A stretch of DNA of 64,000 nt from contig OZ316892.1 in the NCBI GenBank assembly GCA_973895155.1, positions 30,014,932 to 30,078,931 on the forward strand, given 5' to 3'. A model generated the notes under the pieces. That model was given only the letters and a program-made list of their open reading frames with translations, ran no database searches and was not told where the DNA came from. The DNA is from Marsupella aquatica. Lineage: Eukaryota > Plantae > Marchantiophyta. This document shows, piece after piece, positions 13,301 to 26,342 of the stretch; position 1 is the first letter of the stretch, and each line of letters begins with the position of its first letter. The position numbers were made by a program, and so were the translations under genes.

Positions 13301-13700
13301 CGTCAACACTGTGTACAAGGACTAAGGTAAGGTTTCAAAAGTCCAGTAAATCTAAATAAATGCTCTTCCTAAACCTAATGTGCAATAATGTACTTAAGAA
13401 TCACCAACTAATTTCAATCAGGAGTAACAAAAGCCTTCAATTTGAGTCAATGCCTGACCCCTACACTCTCCACAAGATTTTGCCTTGTACAGTTCTTGCA
13501 TCGTTACACTCGCTCTTGATTCACATGAAAAAAAGTAGAAGAAGACTATGACAAGGAGGCTGCTGAGCCATCTGGTCATACCCAACCTTCTTCTAAACTT
13601 TTTTGGCCACGGTTGGAAAGACGAGAAATCAACGGAAAGGTTGTAAGCTACAAATGTGTCTTTCAACAAAAAGAATTCAATTTAACGAGCAGGAAATAAA

Positions 13701-16700
13701 TCAATTTGGCAGGATATTACAATGCCTGATAAACTCATTCGAATAGTTCACATACTTTGCCCAAAACGGTCTAAGCTCGGGGAATCCAATATCAAGCCAT
13801 GGCTTTGCCTGCCCATTGTAGTGTATTACCCCAGATTTTTTTATATTCTCGATGTTGCTTTTCGAGTGGTACCCCAACCCCAACATGTGCCATGAGGAGG
13901 AAATGGGATGCACATACCCATCAAAGGCAATAAGCGCTGGAGGCAATGTTCCCAAACGCCATAGAGTCAAATGCGATTTGAGATTCTGCACAGAGGTAAC
14001 AATGAAATTAGCCCAAGCATCCGAAATTACTCCGAGACGAAGAAATCCTAATAGTGGTTCTCAATGCGATCGTTTCTGTCTCAGACACGAGAGGTGCAAT
14101 GATACGTGCCCTTCACGACAACAGAAAGTACAAGAACAAACAGTGGTTTAAGTCTGGAAAACTGGCTCCGAAAGTTCTATAACGAACAGATACCGAATCC
14201 GTATTTTGGCATGCGATTTGCGATGTATAAAGTGTAAGAATCATTTAAGTCTGATGACAATGGACATCAACATCCGAGGTGGACCTCGTTGCAATCAAGC
14301 TGAATCGACGAATGCGACACTGCCTTCATCAAACGACCAACATTTGTTTGAGACTACCGATGAGTTGCACATAGGATAACTCTGAATTTGAATCCGAAAG
14401 ACCAGAGCATCCATCTGAGTGGTGAATTTGCCTGTATGCCAAGCAAAAATGATCATACCAGTTTTTGCCAGCGATGATAAATTTTTGTGATTTCGGTTTT
14501 TCGCCACTCGTTGAGATCAAAAATATTCATTCCGTATGCCCACGCACACTGATCTTTATTGAAGGCATTTGCAATGAGAGGATTTGAGAAGTTGAAGTAG
14601 TTTCTGAATGTCTTGGACATCACCCATGGATCCTCTCCCCGGCAGGTCTCAACAGCCCCATTCACCTTGCCATGCATATCTTCCTCAAATAAAGGTCCAA
14701 GGTCTCGTTGAACCACCACATCATCATCCAAGAACACTACCTTAGAGAGTTCTGGAAAAAGCTGTAGATTCAAACAAGACAGAATCAGATCCCAATCTCC
14801 AGGCTGGTTAAGAAAAGTCGACAAAACTGAACCTACCGTCTTATCAAATATGTAAAGGAAACAAGAGAAGATCGTAGAGCACGTTTCAGAGGTCAGAATT
14901 CCATTCACTCGACCAAGCCTTACATCAGGGAGGTAAATCCGCAAGTGATTCATGATAGATATATATTTGGGACTTCGTGCTTGCAACTTGGCAGCTAAAA
15001 TCGTAGGAGAGTCCGTCAAATCAGTCCCAGTACTATGATCACCATGGTAGTACCGCACGATATCTGCTGAAGTTTCCAACACCTCCAGAACTGGGACGTT
15101 GTCCTTCGTCAACCAATCGAATTGATGAACTCCTTTGACCTCCACAATTGCTGGAGAGGGTGGATGCAAAGAGAACCAAGAATGCATGGCAGCGAAAGTT
15201 TTCTGGTCTGTTACAACGTGGAAGACAATCTTTTGGGGGTCCGCAGAATTTTGCACTGTAGATGAAACCACTACTGAAGCTGCCAGTACGTTATCTGTCG
15301 CCACAACAAAATGGTGGAGGCTGTTATCCGTTAGTCCAGGAGCAAGATCAGGAGGAGGAAGGTCTTGTCGCGCCAATGCGTTGGTAGAATACTCAGACGT
15401 CAATTTCAGTGAAAGACAGTGCATGCCCTTGGGGATGCCGCTTGATGCAAAATGTCGATATAGAGCCTCTTGCAGTTTGGCAGCCCTAGCTTGGTCTGCC
15501 TTTGTCTCCACCTACACAGATCAAGAACACGATGTACATTACGAGCCAGCAAGATAACAAAACATACGCTCTCGTGCTACACTGCAGCTGGAACTAAGGT
15601 CCAGAAGGAAAGGTCATAACAAACCATAAGTTCATGACAGCAAATAGTAATTCTGCAGCAACAGCAATTCGTCTTCTTGGCTAAAGTTGCCCTTTATGTA
15701 GGTCATGAAAATAGTTCAAAAGCACGTGCTTCTCTGTGACTCCAGGGATGGCTGCTATTATGCTTGCTTGAGTGATGCATACCCTGAGACAAACAACACC
15801 TAGAAAGAACCATATCTAATGATATAAGTTCAACTGGCCCCGCCTTTGATCGACTAATCTACTCGATGTTTACCACATTATTGGCTTCATCAATGAACAC
15901 AAGCCCAGAAGAACAGCATTTGATCTTTCATGGAAACGAAACTTAATTTATGATCAATCCCTGACACACCAAAACTCTCTGCGTTGACAAAATTGAAATT
16001 TTCCTACGCTTGTCTTCAAAGCACACTCCATTCTAGCAGCCTTATTCTCCGCCCCTTATCACAACAGTTGGAAACAATGGGTCCAACATCATGACTCGAG
16101 TTCTGCTTGCCACGACGAGCAGACTTTTAGGTAAGAATGCAGTTCAGAATCTACTGACGGACTCAAAATTTAGGCTGCTGCTACAGGCAAATCGATCTTT
16201 AGTGTGGTACTTTCTAAATTCATTTGGGTTTGTAAGGTACTTGCTACTCCTGTCATAACTTACATACTAAAATAATCCTCCAAGAATCGGGCAAGAAAGC
16301 ACAAAGATGATCAGCGTAGGTGAACCAGGAAGAACTAAAGCCTCTTAATGTTATCTGGTGAAAATGTTGTCCCATTTGATGCCCCATAAGATCTAACAGG
16401 GTGCCGCAGACATCACAAGGGAATATGTGAAAGAGCTCTATCTCTCACCATAGCTGCCAGCGATAATAACAATGTCTTTGAGTCATACTTTCGAGCTCTG
16501 GCCTCGTCCAGGAGAGCTTGAATCGATTCAGGAGCAGACCCTTCTGTAGGCAAACCTGCTTTCGCTGCTTGTTCAAGTAAAACTACCAAGTCATGTGCAT
16601 CACGATTCTGCATGCCAAGGTGGAGAATTTCAATAATTATGCAAAGCGAAGTGACTTTCAGCAGAACCAATCAAAGGCCAGGACAAAGGAAAAGCACGTC

Positions 16701-17401
16701 TTGCAGCAACACTGCTGCCAATGGAGAAGGATGAAGTGCCAGAATCCACGTACAGGAACAGAATCTGTTTTCCACGGTGCCCTGGGCCCAAACTTTCGCG
16801 TCAAACAATCTGATGTTCCACGATAATAACCACAAGTCAGAGCATGCTTACAGGTCTAACAACTCTCTGAACATGAGCTCCAAGAAGCGTTTCCCAAGTT
16901 GTCACCGGTTTCAAAGACTTTCATTTCCACTAAGAATCAGTCACACCCACAACTGAAAACCCGCGGTCAGGATAGTACAGCACAGCACAGCACAGCACAA
17001 TCCATCCATCCCCTGTTCACGAAGCATGTCATGACGAACGGATCTCTTGAGAGGACTCCAAGACGTACTCAAGGGTACTCCTGAGCCCTCAAAACCTACT
17101 GCACACCTGATAGAATCGACACCTGATAGAATCGACACACACTAAACAGATCGCCGGGGTAGGGAATCGGGATGAATCTGCTTTACTCACAAATGCCAGT
17201 GCAGGAGTCGGCTCCCTCCAGCGAAGAAAGCATAGTAGATATGCCCGCGAGTGGAAGGAGAAAGACCAGTGCCAATATTGTCCAGAATAAGCATCGATAT
17301 GAGAGATAGCGAGCAGCTCCTTTCAACTTCATGGGATCTATAAATCCATTCGTCGTTGAGATGGTAATTCGACGCATACTAGGAGAAATGTGGACCTGCA
17401 T
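13701..17401 (-). CDS. GAUT13: Galacturonosyltransferase 13/14-like (GT8 family), 533 aa; coding exons 17401-17191, 16809-16754, 16607-16449, 15511-14924, 14761-14459, 13985-13701
   Basis: N-terminus MQVHISPSMRRITIS, TM segment, IPKGMHCLSLKLT, VATDNVLAASVVV, KVVFLDDDVVVQRDL, CAWAYGMNIFDL, LGTLPPALIAF, VIHYNGQAKPWL. All introns are GT..AG and the phases join into 534 codons including the stop. GAUT13 vs GAUT14 cannot be resolved. Confidence 0.93.
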
Positions 17402-20090
17402 TGTGAGCCCTGGAATTCTACTACCCAGACGGTCCTTCAAAGCTCGGGCTCCACCATCCCCGATCGTCCCTCATGGAATCAATTACGCTTTATTCCCTAG
17501 CCTGAGAGACGAGCATGTTCCAGAACGTAAGCGCGCAAAAACGCGCAATATCCAAATCGGTCCACTCTATGTCCCTGAAGCCACAGCAGAATAGTTCACA
17601 GACCCGATAGAGCAGTTCTCTTCACCAAATACACTCAATCCGAAGCGTCAGAGCAGACGACGCTTGAAGAGCGCTGGGGATGCAGCTGCTGGTAACATGG
17701 CAACTCGCCCAGTGATACTGTGCGCATTGCAGCGATGAGCGATGAATGCCGCCCAGTGAACTAACTGAGCTTCTAAAGGTAAGTAGGTGCCGATTCGTGC
17801 TGCGAGTACAACGAGAAGCTGTCAGGAGGCGAAAACTTAGTACACAGAAAATGTAGAAGGTCAACCGAATTCCACAGAGCACCTAACTACACGATCGACC
17901 GGCGGGGCGCCAGCGCGTGATGATGCTGCAGCAAGACAAACTTTACAATCGCGGACTAATGGCCCGCAAATGAAACCCTCGTAACGGAGTGAACAGAAAC
18001 GTCACCTACGGCCGTGATAGTGTCAAGGTAGTAGGAGCACTAGTAGAATAACAAGTCCAGATTGCCGACACAGGGATCGAAACGCGCACAAACGTCCTTT
18101 CGCTTCCTCGTTCGATTTCATCAAAAAGCTGACTTCTGCCGAACCCCCAAGGAGCCACATTGACCTGCATACTACTCATGGCCCGATCTGACACACTAGA
18201 TTGAAGCTGGCGACGCGCTTCCAACCCAGAGTCATTTGAGATACAAGTCTTTCGAGCATGAGTCTCCAAACCCAACACCGCCTCCCCGTAGATGTGCTGC
18301 TACCACCCTCGGTACAAACTGCAGATCCTAGGATAGACCAAAACTCGGACATACTCCAACGAGGCTGTCCTTGTTCTACCCATCCAGCGTAGAGGTGCCG
18401 TCACCCTCACTCTCTTTCTCCAAATGGCAGCACACGCGAGTCCAGATTCGCCTGCCCACCGTCTGTCGAAATTCTTTTTCCTCCCTCCACATCCAGCTAC
18501 TTACTGTCCCACAACCACCACTGGCTCTATTCCTTCCCCTGCTTCTCCTGAAAGCGCAACCCCGCTAAGAAGAAATTATCATGAATCACTCCAGCATCAC
18601 TTCAGCTTTTTGCCTGTCAAACACCGCACCGCGGCCGAAGCGACCACGACAGACGATCCTGCTACATGCCTGCCTGCATCCTGAGGCAGACTGATGACTG
18701 GATCCAACTAAGTCAAGTACCTCCGGCGCTACGTGAGAAAGTCGTCCTCCATATCATCCGCATCGCCCGCATCATTTTCCAATTTCGACACTCTGGCGCC
18801 GAAATAATTGATGGCGTCCTCCTCTAAGTATCCGGTAAGCCAGTAAAGCCTTGCGCGTAATCAGGGGAGCCTCTGCACAGAATCAACCGAAAAAAAGGCA
18901 GATGCGCGCGAACAACAGAGGAAGTCAGCAATCGAACAGGTGCTCCCGTCGTCCATGTCCATGTCCTCCTCCAAAAAGAAGAAGCTAAAAAGGTTATTCG
19001 GCGCCTTCCTCGGTCTAGCCCGCCCTCGATGAGGCTCATGTGCGGTGCCTCACTCCTCCTCTGCTCCTCTCGTGAGCAGTGAGCTCCTCTGGACTCCATC
19101 ACCGCGCGGAGGAGCCTACCCGCGCCTACTACTGAAGGTCGCTACACTCGCTACCGCAGTAACCCATCCCGCCAACGCCTTGCCGACCGGATGCTCTGGA
19201 GTCTGGAGGACTGTAGCTGCGTAGCACCATAGTCCATAGCTTTCTTTTCACTGTACTGCAGGCTTACACTTATTATTATTAGCCTGGTGATTAAGACGCC
19301 ATAGCCATGGGCCATGGGCTGTCTCGCTCCCTGCTCGAGCTCTGAGCAAGGCTAAAGTGCCTCGTGCGCACGGGACCCCGTCACCCCGCTCACGCGGAGT
19401 TCCGGCAGGGCCGCAGGGCAGAGGCCGCAGTCCTCAGGGCCCAGCCTGGGGCGGGGACATGAAGCCCAGTGTAGTGTGATTGTATCACAGTTGGAGGGTG
19501 CGCACCCGGCACTACTCCGGGCATCATTCTCATCCCCGGCTGTTAGATAGGCACCTGGCCCGCGTCTCCGACCTGCCGGCTTCGGACCACGTTGGGAGGC
19601 ATTCCGGGACAGGACGCCAACTGGTATACCCTGCTACCTACCACAGTGTTCAATATAACTAGAGTAGTGCCATCCGGCGCAAACACTCAGTATTTTTTAT
19701 TCCAGGAAATGACCAAATTAAAGTGAGGATGGACCTCCACTTTGCCTATGGAGCCCAGATAGACCGGCAAAGTTTGGATGTATTTACTCCGAATATTTAA
19801 ATTGGCTTAAATAATACTGTTTACATTTTTGACTGCAATGTGACCTGAAAATGGCCTCCTTAGGGTTTGCAGCCAATTTCAATTACATTATCAAACAGGT
19901 TTCCTGGGTAGCTTGATGACTTCATGACCTTGAACCTAAACGACATCAAGATATCTTACACCTAAGTCACTCAAAACCATGAACTCAAAAAACACACCTT
20001 TCATGTACCTCTCAAATGCTCACTCAAAATCATAAACTTAGAAGAAAAAAAGTGAAACTTCACTTAAAAGGGGAAGGGTGGGAATTATCA

Positions 20091-20859
20091 ATAACAGTTT
20101 TTAATATCCTGTCCCCCAAACTGAGCTAAATTATTAACCTACTCCATAAATTATTTTAATTGCTAGGTCACCCCCCATTCTGAATATATGAGTTACTTTA
20201 ACTGTTTTAGTCAACCCCAGGTGATTTATTATTGGTGGACACATGGCAAGGGGCACTATTGGCTCAGCCTTACCCTGGCCGGGTTTACCCTCACCTGGCT
20301 GGCTCTTTCCCATTTCTTGAACAAGCCTTACACAGAACAGGGCTGGCCTTTCCCCCTCTCGAGTTTCAATCCCAATCGAGCTCAAATCAGGCGGTAGAGC
20401 CTAATGTGGGTTTGCTTACACATGGAAAATATGTATACTTTTGGGGTGTCTTTCCTTCAGAAAAATGGGAGTAGGGTGGACCATCAGGAGCCAAGGATCA
20501 TCAGGCCCCTATGGAGTGTAGGACCCTGTCTTTGAAGGAAAATTGCAGCACCCAGCCAGCCAGGTTGTCAGGGTTGGATTAAACTTGTGAGGGGGAGAGG
20601 CTAGCCCTGTTTGATGAAGGGCTTGTTCGAAAGCTGGGAAAGAGCTAGTCGGGTGAGGGTAGACTTGGCTAGGGTAAGGTGGAGCCAATAGCGCCTCGCC
20701 ACGTGTTAGTCCACCAATGAGAAATCACCTCAGGTTAACTAACATGGTTAATTTAACCCATATATACAATATGGTGGGCAACCTAGTAATTGAAATAATT
20801 TGTGGGGCTAGGTTAGGAATTTAGCTCAATTTGGGGACAGGATAGTAAAAAGCTGTTAT
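20091..20859. mobile_element. Foldback/MITE-like element with ~290-bp imperfect terminal inverted repeats
   Basis: 20091-~20376 is the reverse complement of ~20570-20859 (e.g. ATCCTGTCCCCCAAACTGAGCTAAATT / AATTTAGCTCAATTTGGGGACAGGAT); no clear TSD. Confidence 0.8.
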
Positions 20860-21581
20860 CAAGAATTGAAAACTTTCTTTTTCACACTCATGCTAAAGAT
20901 GGTGTCTCCCTCACTTAATCCTCAAGTGTATGAAATTTAAATTAAATATTAATGAACTAATTACAAGGAGAAAAATACATACTGTAATATAGATAAGCAA
21001 GATAGAAAACTAAATATAAGCCTAAAGAACAGTTCTAGGGCAGAAAGTTTGAAAACTCACTGGAACATAAGGCGAACCAATGATGCACCTTGGCGAAGGC
21101 ACATTGAAACAAAAATACATAACAAAAATCTCAATAGGACAAAAAAGCCTGAGTATTTTCCAGAAAAAGGTAACACCCAAATCTTATATATAAAGTGCAA
21201 AGGGAAGTTAGAGTGAAGCCTCTACACCGTGACTATAGAGCCCCGCCATAATATATGTGCAAAGGAAAGAGTTTATGAGATGGATGATTATTTAAATGAT
21301 GATGGGGCCAGACATGATGGTTTTGTAATCATTCCATTAATCTTCAAAGAATGGGAATAGTAAATATATTTTGTTGACACTCCTCTATTCATGTTCAAGG
21401 AATAGGTAGTGGGGGCTAGTATGTCGTTACTAGTTATGCTGCAACCTATAGATGGTCCCTACCAAGAAATTTTATTTTATTTTGAAAAATCTTCAGGACG
21501 ATTCATTTTTGTTTCATTTAAGATCCTACGATTTGTTCAGGGTAGGTTGCAATTGCTAGGATGAGGTATTTGCTGAGGTAA

Positions 21582-21733
21582 AGCTTGATGGGATCCCAAA
21601 AATTAAAAGTGTTACTTGATAGGACCCTTAGTGATCCAGATCATTGATTGACCTTGATAGACCTTGAATCAACAAACCCAAAACTTCAGGGGTCCTATCA
21701 AGTAACGCTTTTCATTTTGTGGTCCCATGAAGC
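21582..21733. repeat. Small hairpin MITE-like inverted repeat (~45-bp arms)
   Basis: AAAAGTGTTACTTGATAGGACCC versus GGGTCCTATCAAGTAACGCTTTT. Confidence 0.65.
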
Positions 21734-21899
21734 AAACACCTCTGTATTTGCTTGGTAGGTCCGCCCTTCTTTCTTTCAAACACTCTTAATTGTTTTTAGA
21801 CTCTTTCTTCAAATTCTGAGCAATTGGTCAATTTCTTGCCAGTATGAATTGGCCTACAATCTCAAATTGTTTCAAGTGTGGTAGGTGTTGAACCAAGTT

Positions 21900-22591
21900 C
21901 TCCATTATAGTCTCACCTTGAATGTTTGTCATGCATCACCATGAGTGCAATCTTTCCTTGAAATGTTAGTCCTAACTGAAAAGTCTAATGGGGCAGCCAA
22001 ATCTTACAACCAATTGGGCACCCTAGGTACGCAATAATTTATCCTGACTGGGCTACTCTAAATCCAGCCTGGGTAAAAATTGTCAACAAAAAGAGAGGGA
22101 TAATCCTAGATTTCTGTATGTTTCAAAGAGCTCCAGAAATGTTCTCTATCATACCATTTGATCGTGTCTCTGGCATTGTTGAATGCCTCCAGAGTGGTGT
22201 CCAGAAAAAGGATAGTATCGTCAGCAATAAGCTGATAACACAGGCTGCTCCCATCTTTCAGTTTGAGCCCTTGCAATTCCTGTCCTCCAGTTGCTTCCTG
22301 ATCCCTGTCCTGACCATGGCCATCAGTGGCTGGGTGGTGAGGGTGAAAAGCAGGGCAGAAAGTGGGCATCCATGTCTTACCCCACTCCCAAGAAGCTCAC
22401 TGAGAAGATTGTGTCCATGAATTCCCCATTGATGTGAACCTTGGAGTGAGTGTTCTCCACCATTCCTCGAACCAGGGTGAGAACTTGTTCGTCAAAATTG
22501 GTTGCCCAAAGGACAGCCCAGAGAAACTAGTCTTCCATTCCGTCATAGGCTTTTGTGAAATCCAGTTAGTTTTAGGAAAATGAAAGACCAA
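21900..22591 (-). mobile_element. Non-LTR retrotransposon (LINE) reverse-transcriptase fragment
   Basis: Frameshifted motifs GVRHGCPLSALLF, YQLIADDTILFL and YLGCPIG. Confidence 0.8.
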
Positions 22592-23175
22592 ATGATAATA
22601 TAACTGAGATAATAGTCATGTTACTTAGGATGGCTATATAGGATCAAAATATGGATCATCATGAGTGGAAATGGGGCTTCACAAGAACTTGGAGTATTGT
22701 GTCATACAATCCTCCGCGGAAAGTAGTGGACCTGACAAAATGCTGATGTGAAGTGCTTGTTTTGTGTAGAAATTGAACACCTCCACAGGCGGTCCAAACT
22801 TCTAAAGTGTGGCTCCTTCAGTAAAGATTTGCATTTCTTGAACTTCATTCCAAAAGATCTATGGTCTAGAGTATATCTTTCTCACAAGAAGTGATCCTCC
22901 AATCTTGGTAAAAAATGTTCAAGTGCCCCCAATGTCTGGTACCGCCACCCTCACCTATGAACTATCTACAGCACCTGTAGTGAAATTTTGAAACTAAAGC
23001 TCAATTTATTGTAACCCTGGATGTTGAGTTGGAGAAATAAAAATGTTGGTTTGTTTGCGTCCAGGTTTCTACAATATTCCTTATGAAAGCTACTCAGAGA
23101 CTTGGTCTAGATGAGTATTTAGCCCATTGGTGAGAGTGTAAAGAATTACCCCGAGAATTACTCAATATGTATACT

Positions 23176-23527
23176 CGGGGGGGTCACTTCCACGAAAGTG
23201 ACACATTTCACGTGCGACGAAGTATAGACCCATTTAAATGGGTGTGGTAGAAGACTTCCAAAGTTTGGCGGAAGAACACATAGGGCATGTTTTATTGACT
23301 GGTCGACTTTAAAGAACACATCCAGGCCTATGTAATTATAAAAAATACTTTCTTAAATAACTTTTAAAAATACTTTAAAAAAGTTTTTAGAGATTTTTTT
23401 AGTAAAAATGACAAAATTTAAAGAAAGAAAGGATTTTGCAAAAAAATATTTTACACTTATAAATTAGGGGGTCAAAATCTAAAATGTCACATGCGATGTA
23501 TGGCCCTCCATATAATGACACCCCCAG
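23176..23527. mobile_element. MITE with 10-bp TSD (Mutator-like)
   Basis: TSD TATGTATACT (23166-23175 / 23528-23537); ends match the reverse complement of the ends of 53075-53369. Confidence 0.8.
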
Positions 23528-24996
23528 TATGTATACTGTTATTTGCCAATGTGTTTTAGTTGTCAATAAAGTTTATTCTCAAAACCAAATAAGAATGACT
23601 GATTGCAATGGTAGAAACTTCACAGAAGATTAAAAATCATAGTCTATCAAAGTTTAAAATAGAAAGAATCCCATCTTATGTTATGCTGGATTATTTACAG
23701 TGAAACAAGAGCTTCCATACATCACAATATTTGACAACATGCTTAGATCAAAAAGAGAACCTTCCACCAAAATTTATAAAAGAGGAAAAAACAAAGTACA
23801 ATGAGAGTCAAGAAAAACAGGGCCAAAGAGGACAAACACCCAACAAGGACAAGTGCAACCCAAAAAAAGGAAGAAGAGAAAGGGAAAAGTGTCTAACATT
23901 GCACGAGTGTGAAGGAGTAGTGTCCACATTGGAAAATGGGGCAAGCTAAGAGCTAATGGTCCACATCCAATGTCCTAACTAAATAAGCAAGTGGCACAGG
24001 ATGTACTCTATGGGGGGTCCTCTAGGGGGGCAAGCGTCTGCGGAGGTATAATAGCAGCCACACAAACTATTGCAACCCACACAGACCACAGTATAACATT
24101 ACTTTCATTTAGATAAGATATTTGGTAGTGACTGGGCAAACCCACAAAAAAATCCATCATTTTGGAAAATTAATGATATAGAATCACTTGTGTGTTTGCA
24201 ATCTAGTAAGGGAACTGAAGTAGAGCTTAGGCTGTTGGTTCTAGGGCTTCAGTCAAAATCCTCTTCGTGACGGTCCTGTGGGGTTTATCTCAGGGGACTT
24301 TTCAGTTGCCACCCACGGTGGTAGGTTTTAGTGTTTTTATGGAGAACTCTTATTGGGAATTCTTGGCTCCTTAGTCTGGGGTTTCCATTAATTTGTCCTG
24401 TAACCCACGACTTGCATCATCCCAGGATGGTATCGTGTCTCCAAGATTGACTCATTTGTGTTTCTTTGGCAATATGATATGCACTAAAGAGATCGAACCT
24501 GAGAAGACACCAATTGAAAGAGAATAATGTTTTCAATGGGTTAGTCTGACGGACACTTCGGGTCAAATATGAAGAGACACGTCCCTTGATTGACCAACCA
24601 GAGTAGGTAAAATAAAACATTTGTTCAAGTGGGCGCCGTTACATACATTTTGTCTCACGTCAAAACTCGCTCTGCGAGGGAACTTCCTATATTAGCAACC
24701 TTTTGAAGTCGTCAAGTCAAAACATTTATCCTAGCATCGACTTTTATTTATATCAACAGTTTCTTTATTGTGTGAAGTTTTAAGTGTGCGTCTCTCCCCT
24801 TATTGGTTCCCTGCTTTTGGGATCTTCTCTCCAGGGTTGGAGGTTTTGATTTTGACACTTTGACACGCATATCTGTAGCATTAATTACAGAGAGTGGATG
24901 AAGGAGTTTCCTGGAGAGGGTCTTTTAGGAAACCACCGGGATTAGAGAAGCCTCAGCCAGGAGTCCCCTGACTGGCTGACTGATGACCTTTTCAAC

Positions 24997-26342
24997 ATTC
25001 AAAGAGACGAGTCCCTGGAACAGCATTAACTGTACCTCGGGGACTCCCCCAAAGCCTCCCGGAAGGACATCCCTGAGTTTTCCCCTTTTTGCACCCGTCA
25101 GTTTTCAGGCCATGATCACACTCGCTGCCCCTGGCTCCCTCTCAATTAGAGACTTTATCTCCCTCTCACTTAGAAACTTAATTTCATTCAACTTTCTTAT
25201 CCTCACTTGTGTAGTGCCTTTTTCCCTTACATCTCTTTGTGGGAGTGTTAGTTTAAATTTCTTGGACTCCATGGAGGGTTCTCGGGTATTGTCCCGGTAT
25301 TGAAAATAAAACAAAATTGACAGTAGCTGACATTATTTAAATTTCTTGGACTCCATGGAGGGTTCCCGGGTATTGTCCCGGTTTTGAAAGAAAAAAAACT
25401 TGAATTCCATGGAGGCAATAGTTTGACAGCTGACATATTTTGACCCGCTTTGCAAAGTCTGGCCCCAGTCTAGTTTTAGTAGTTGATTTATGAGGGGTGG
25501 ATTACTAAGTGAAAAATCACCTGAGCTCAAACTCTTGCCACTAAATTCTTCCCCAGTTCATCGTTGTATTCCATGCCTTCCAGACAGCCCATTTAAGTTA
25601 ATGTATTGAGAAGATTCCAAATTTTACAAGAGGGAATTGCTGAACATAGATGTTTTGATTTCAAAGCACTAAAGTTACAAAGCTAGGCACAATTATGAGC
25701 TAGGCATGAATGCATTGGTTACCCATCTGGAAGGTGTGAAATACAACCATGAACTGAGGAAGAATTTAGTGGCAAGAGTTTGAGCTCAGGTGATTTTCCA
25801 CTGAATAATCAACCACTCATAAATTAATGACTAAAACTAGACTGTGGTAGGACTTTGCAAAGAGGGTCAAAATGTGTCAGCTATTGTAAAACTATTGCCT
25901 CCATGGAGTTCAAGTTTTTTGGTTTTTCTCAAATCCGGGACAATACCCGGGAAACCTCCATGGAGTCCAAGAAATTTAAATAAAATTCCAGCTACTGTAA
26001 ATTTTTATTTCTTTTCAAAACTGAGACAATACCCGAGAACCCTCCATGGAGTCCAAGAAATTTAAACTACTGTCAAAAGATTGCCTCCATGGAGTCCAAG
26101 AAATTTAAACTAACACTCACACAAAGAGATGCAAGGGAAAAAGGCACTACACAAGTGGGGATAAGAAAGTTGAATGAAGTTGTCTCAAATTGAGAGGGAG
26201 CCAGGGGCAGCGAATGTGGTCATGGACTGAAAACTAAAGAGATGGGTGCAAAAAGGGGGAAACTCAGGGTGCTCCTTCCGGTAGGCTGTGGGAGAGTCCC
26301 GAGGTACAGTTAATGCTGTTCCAGGGACGCATCTCTTTGAAT
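24997..26342. mobile_element. 1.35-kb foldback element with ~600-bp inverted arms and internal subrepeats
   Basis: Arms ~24997-25590 and ~25725-26342 are reverse complements; flanked by TTTTCAAC direct repeats (24989-24996 / 26343-26350); repeated CCTCCATGGAGTCCAAGAAATTTAAA. Confidence 0.85.

Noticed and set aside
14453-15511. 352-aa ORF as a stand-alone gene
   Set aside because: It is GAUT exons 4-5 read through an in-frame intron.
25250-26110. Repeat-spacer pattern resembling a CRISPR array
   Set aside because: The spacers are similar to each other, the units occur in both orientations as parts of foldback arms, there are no cas genes, and the context is eukaryotic.
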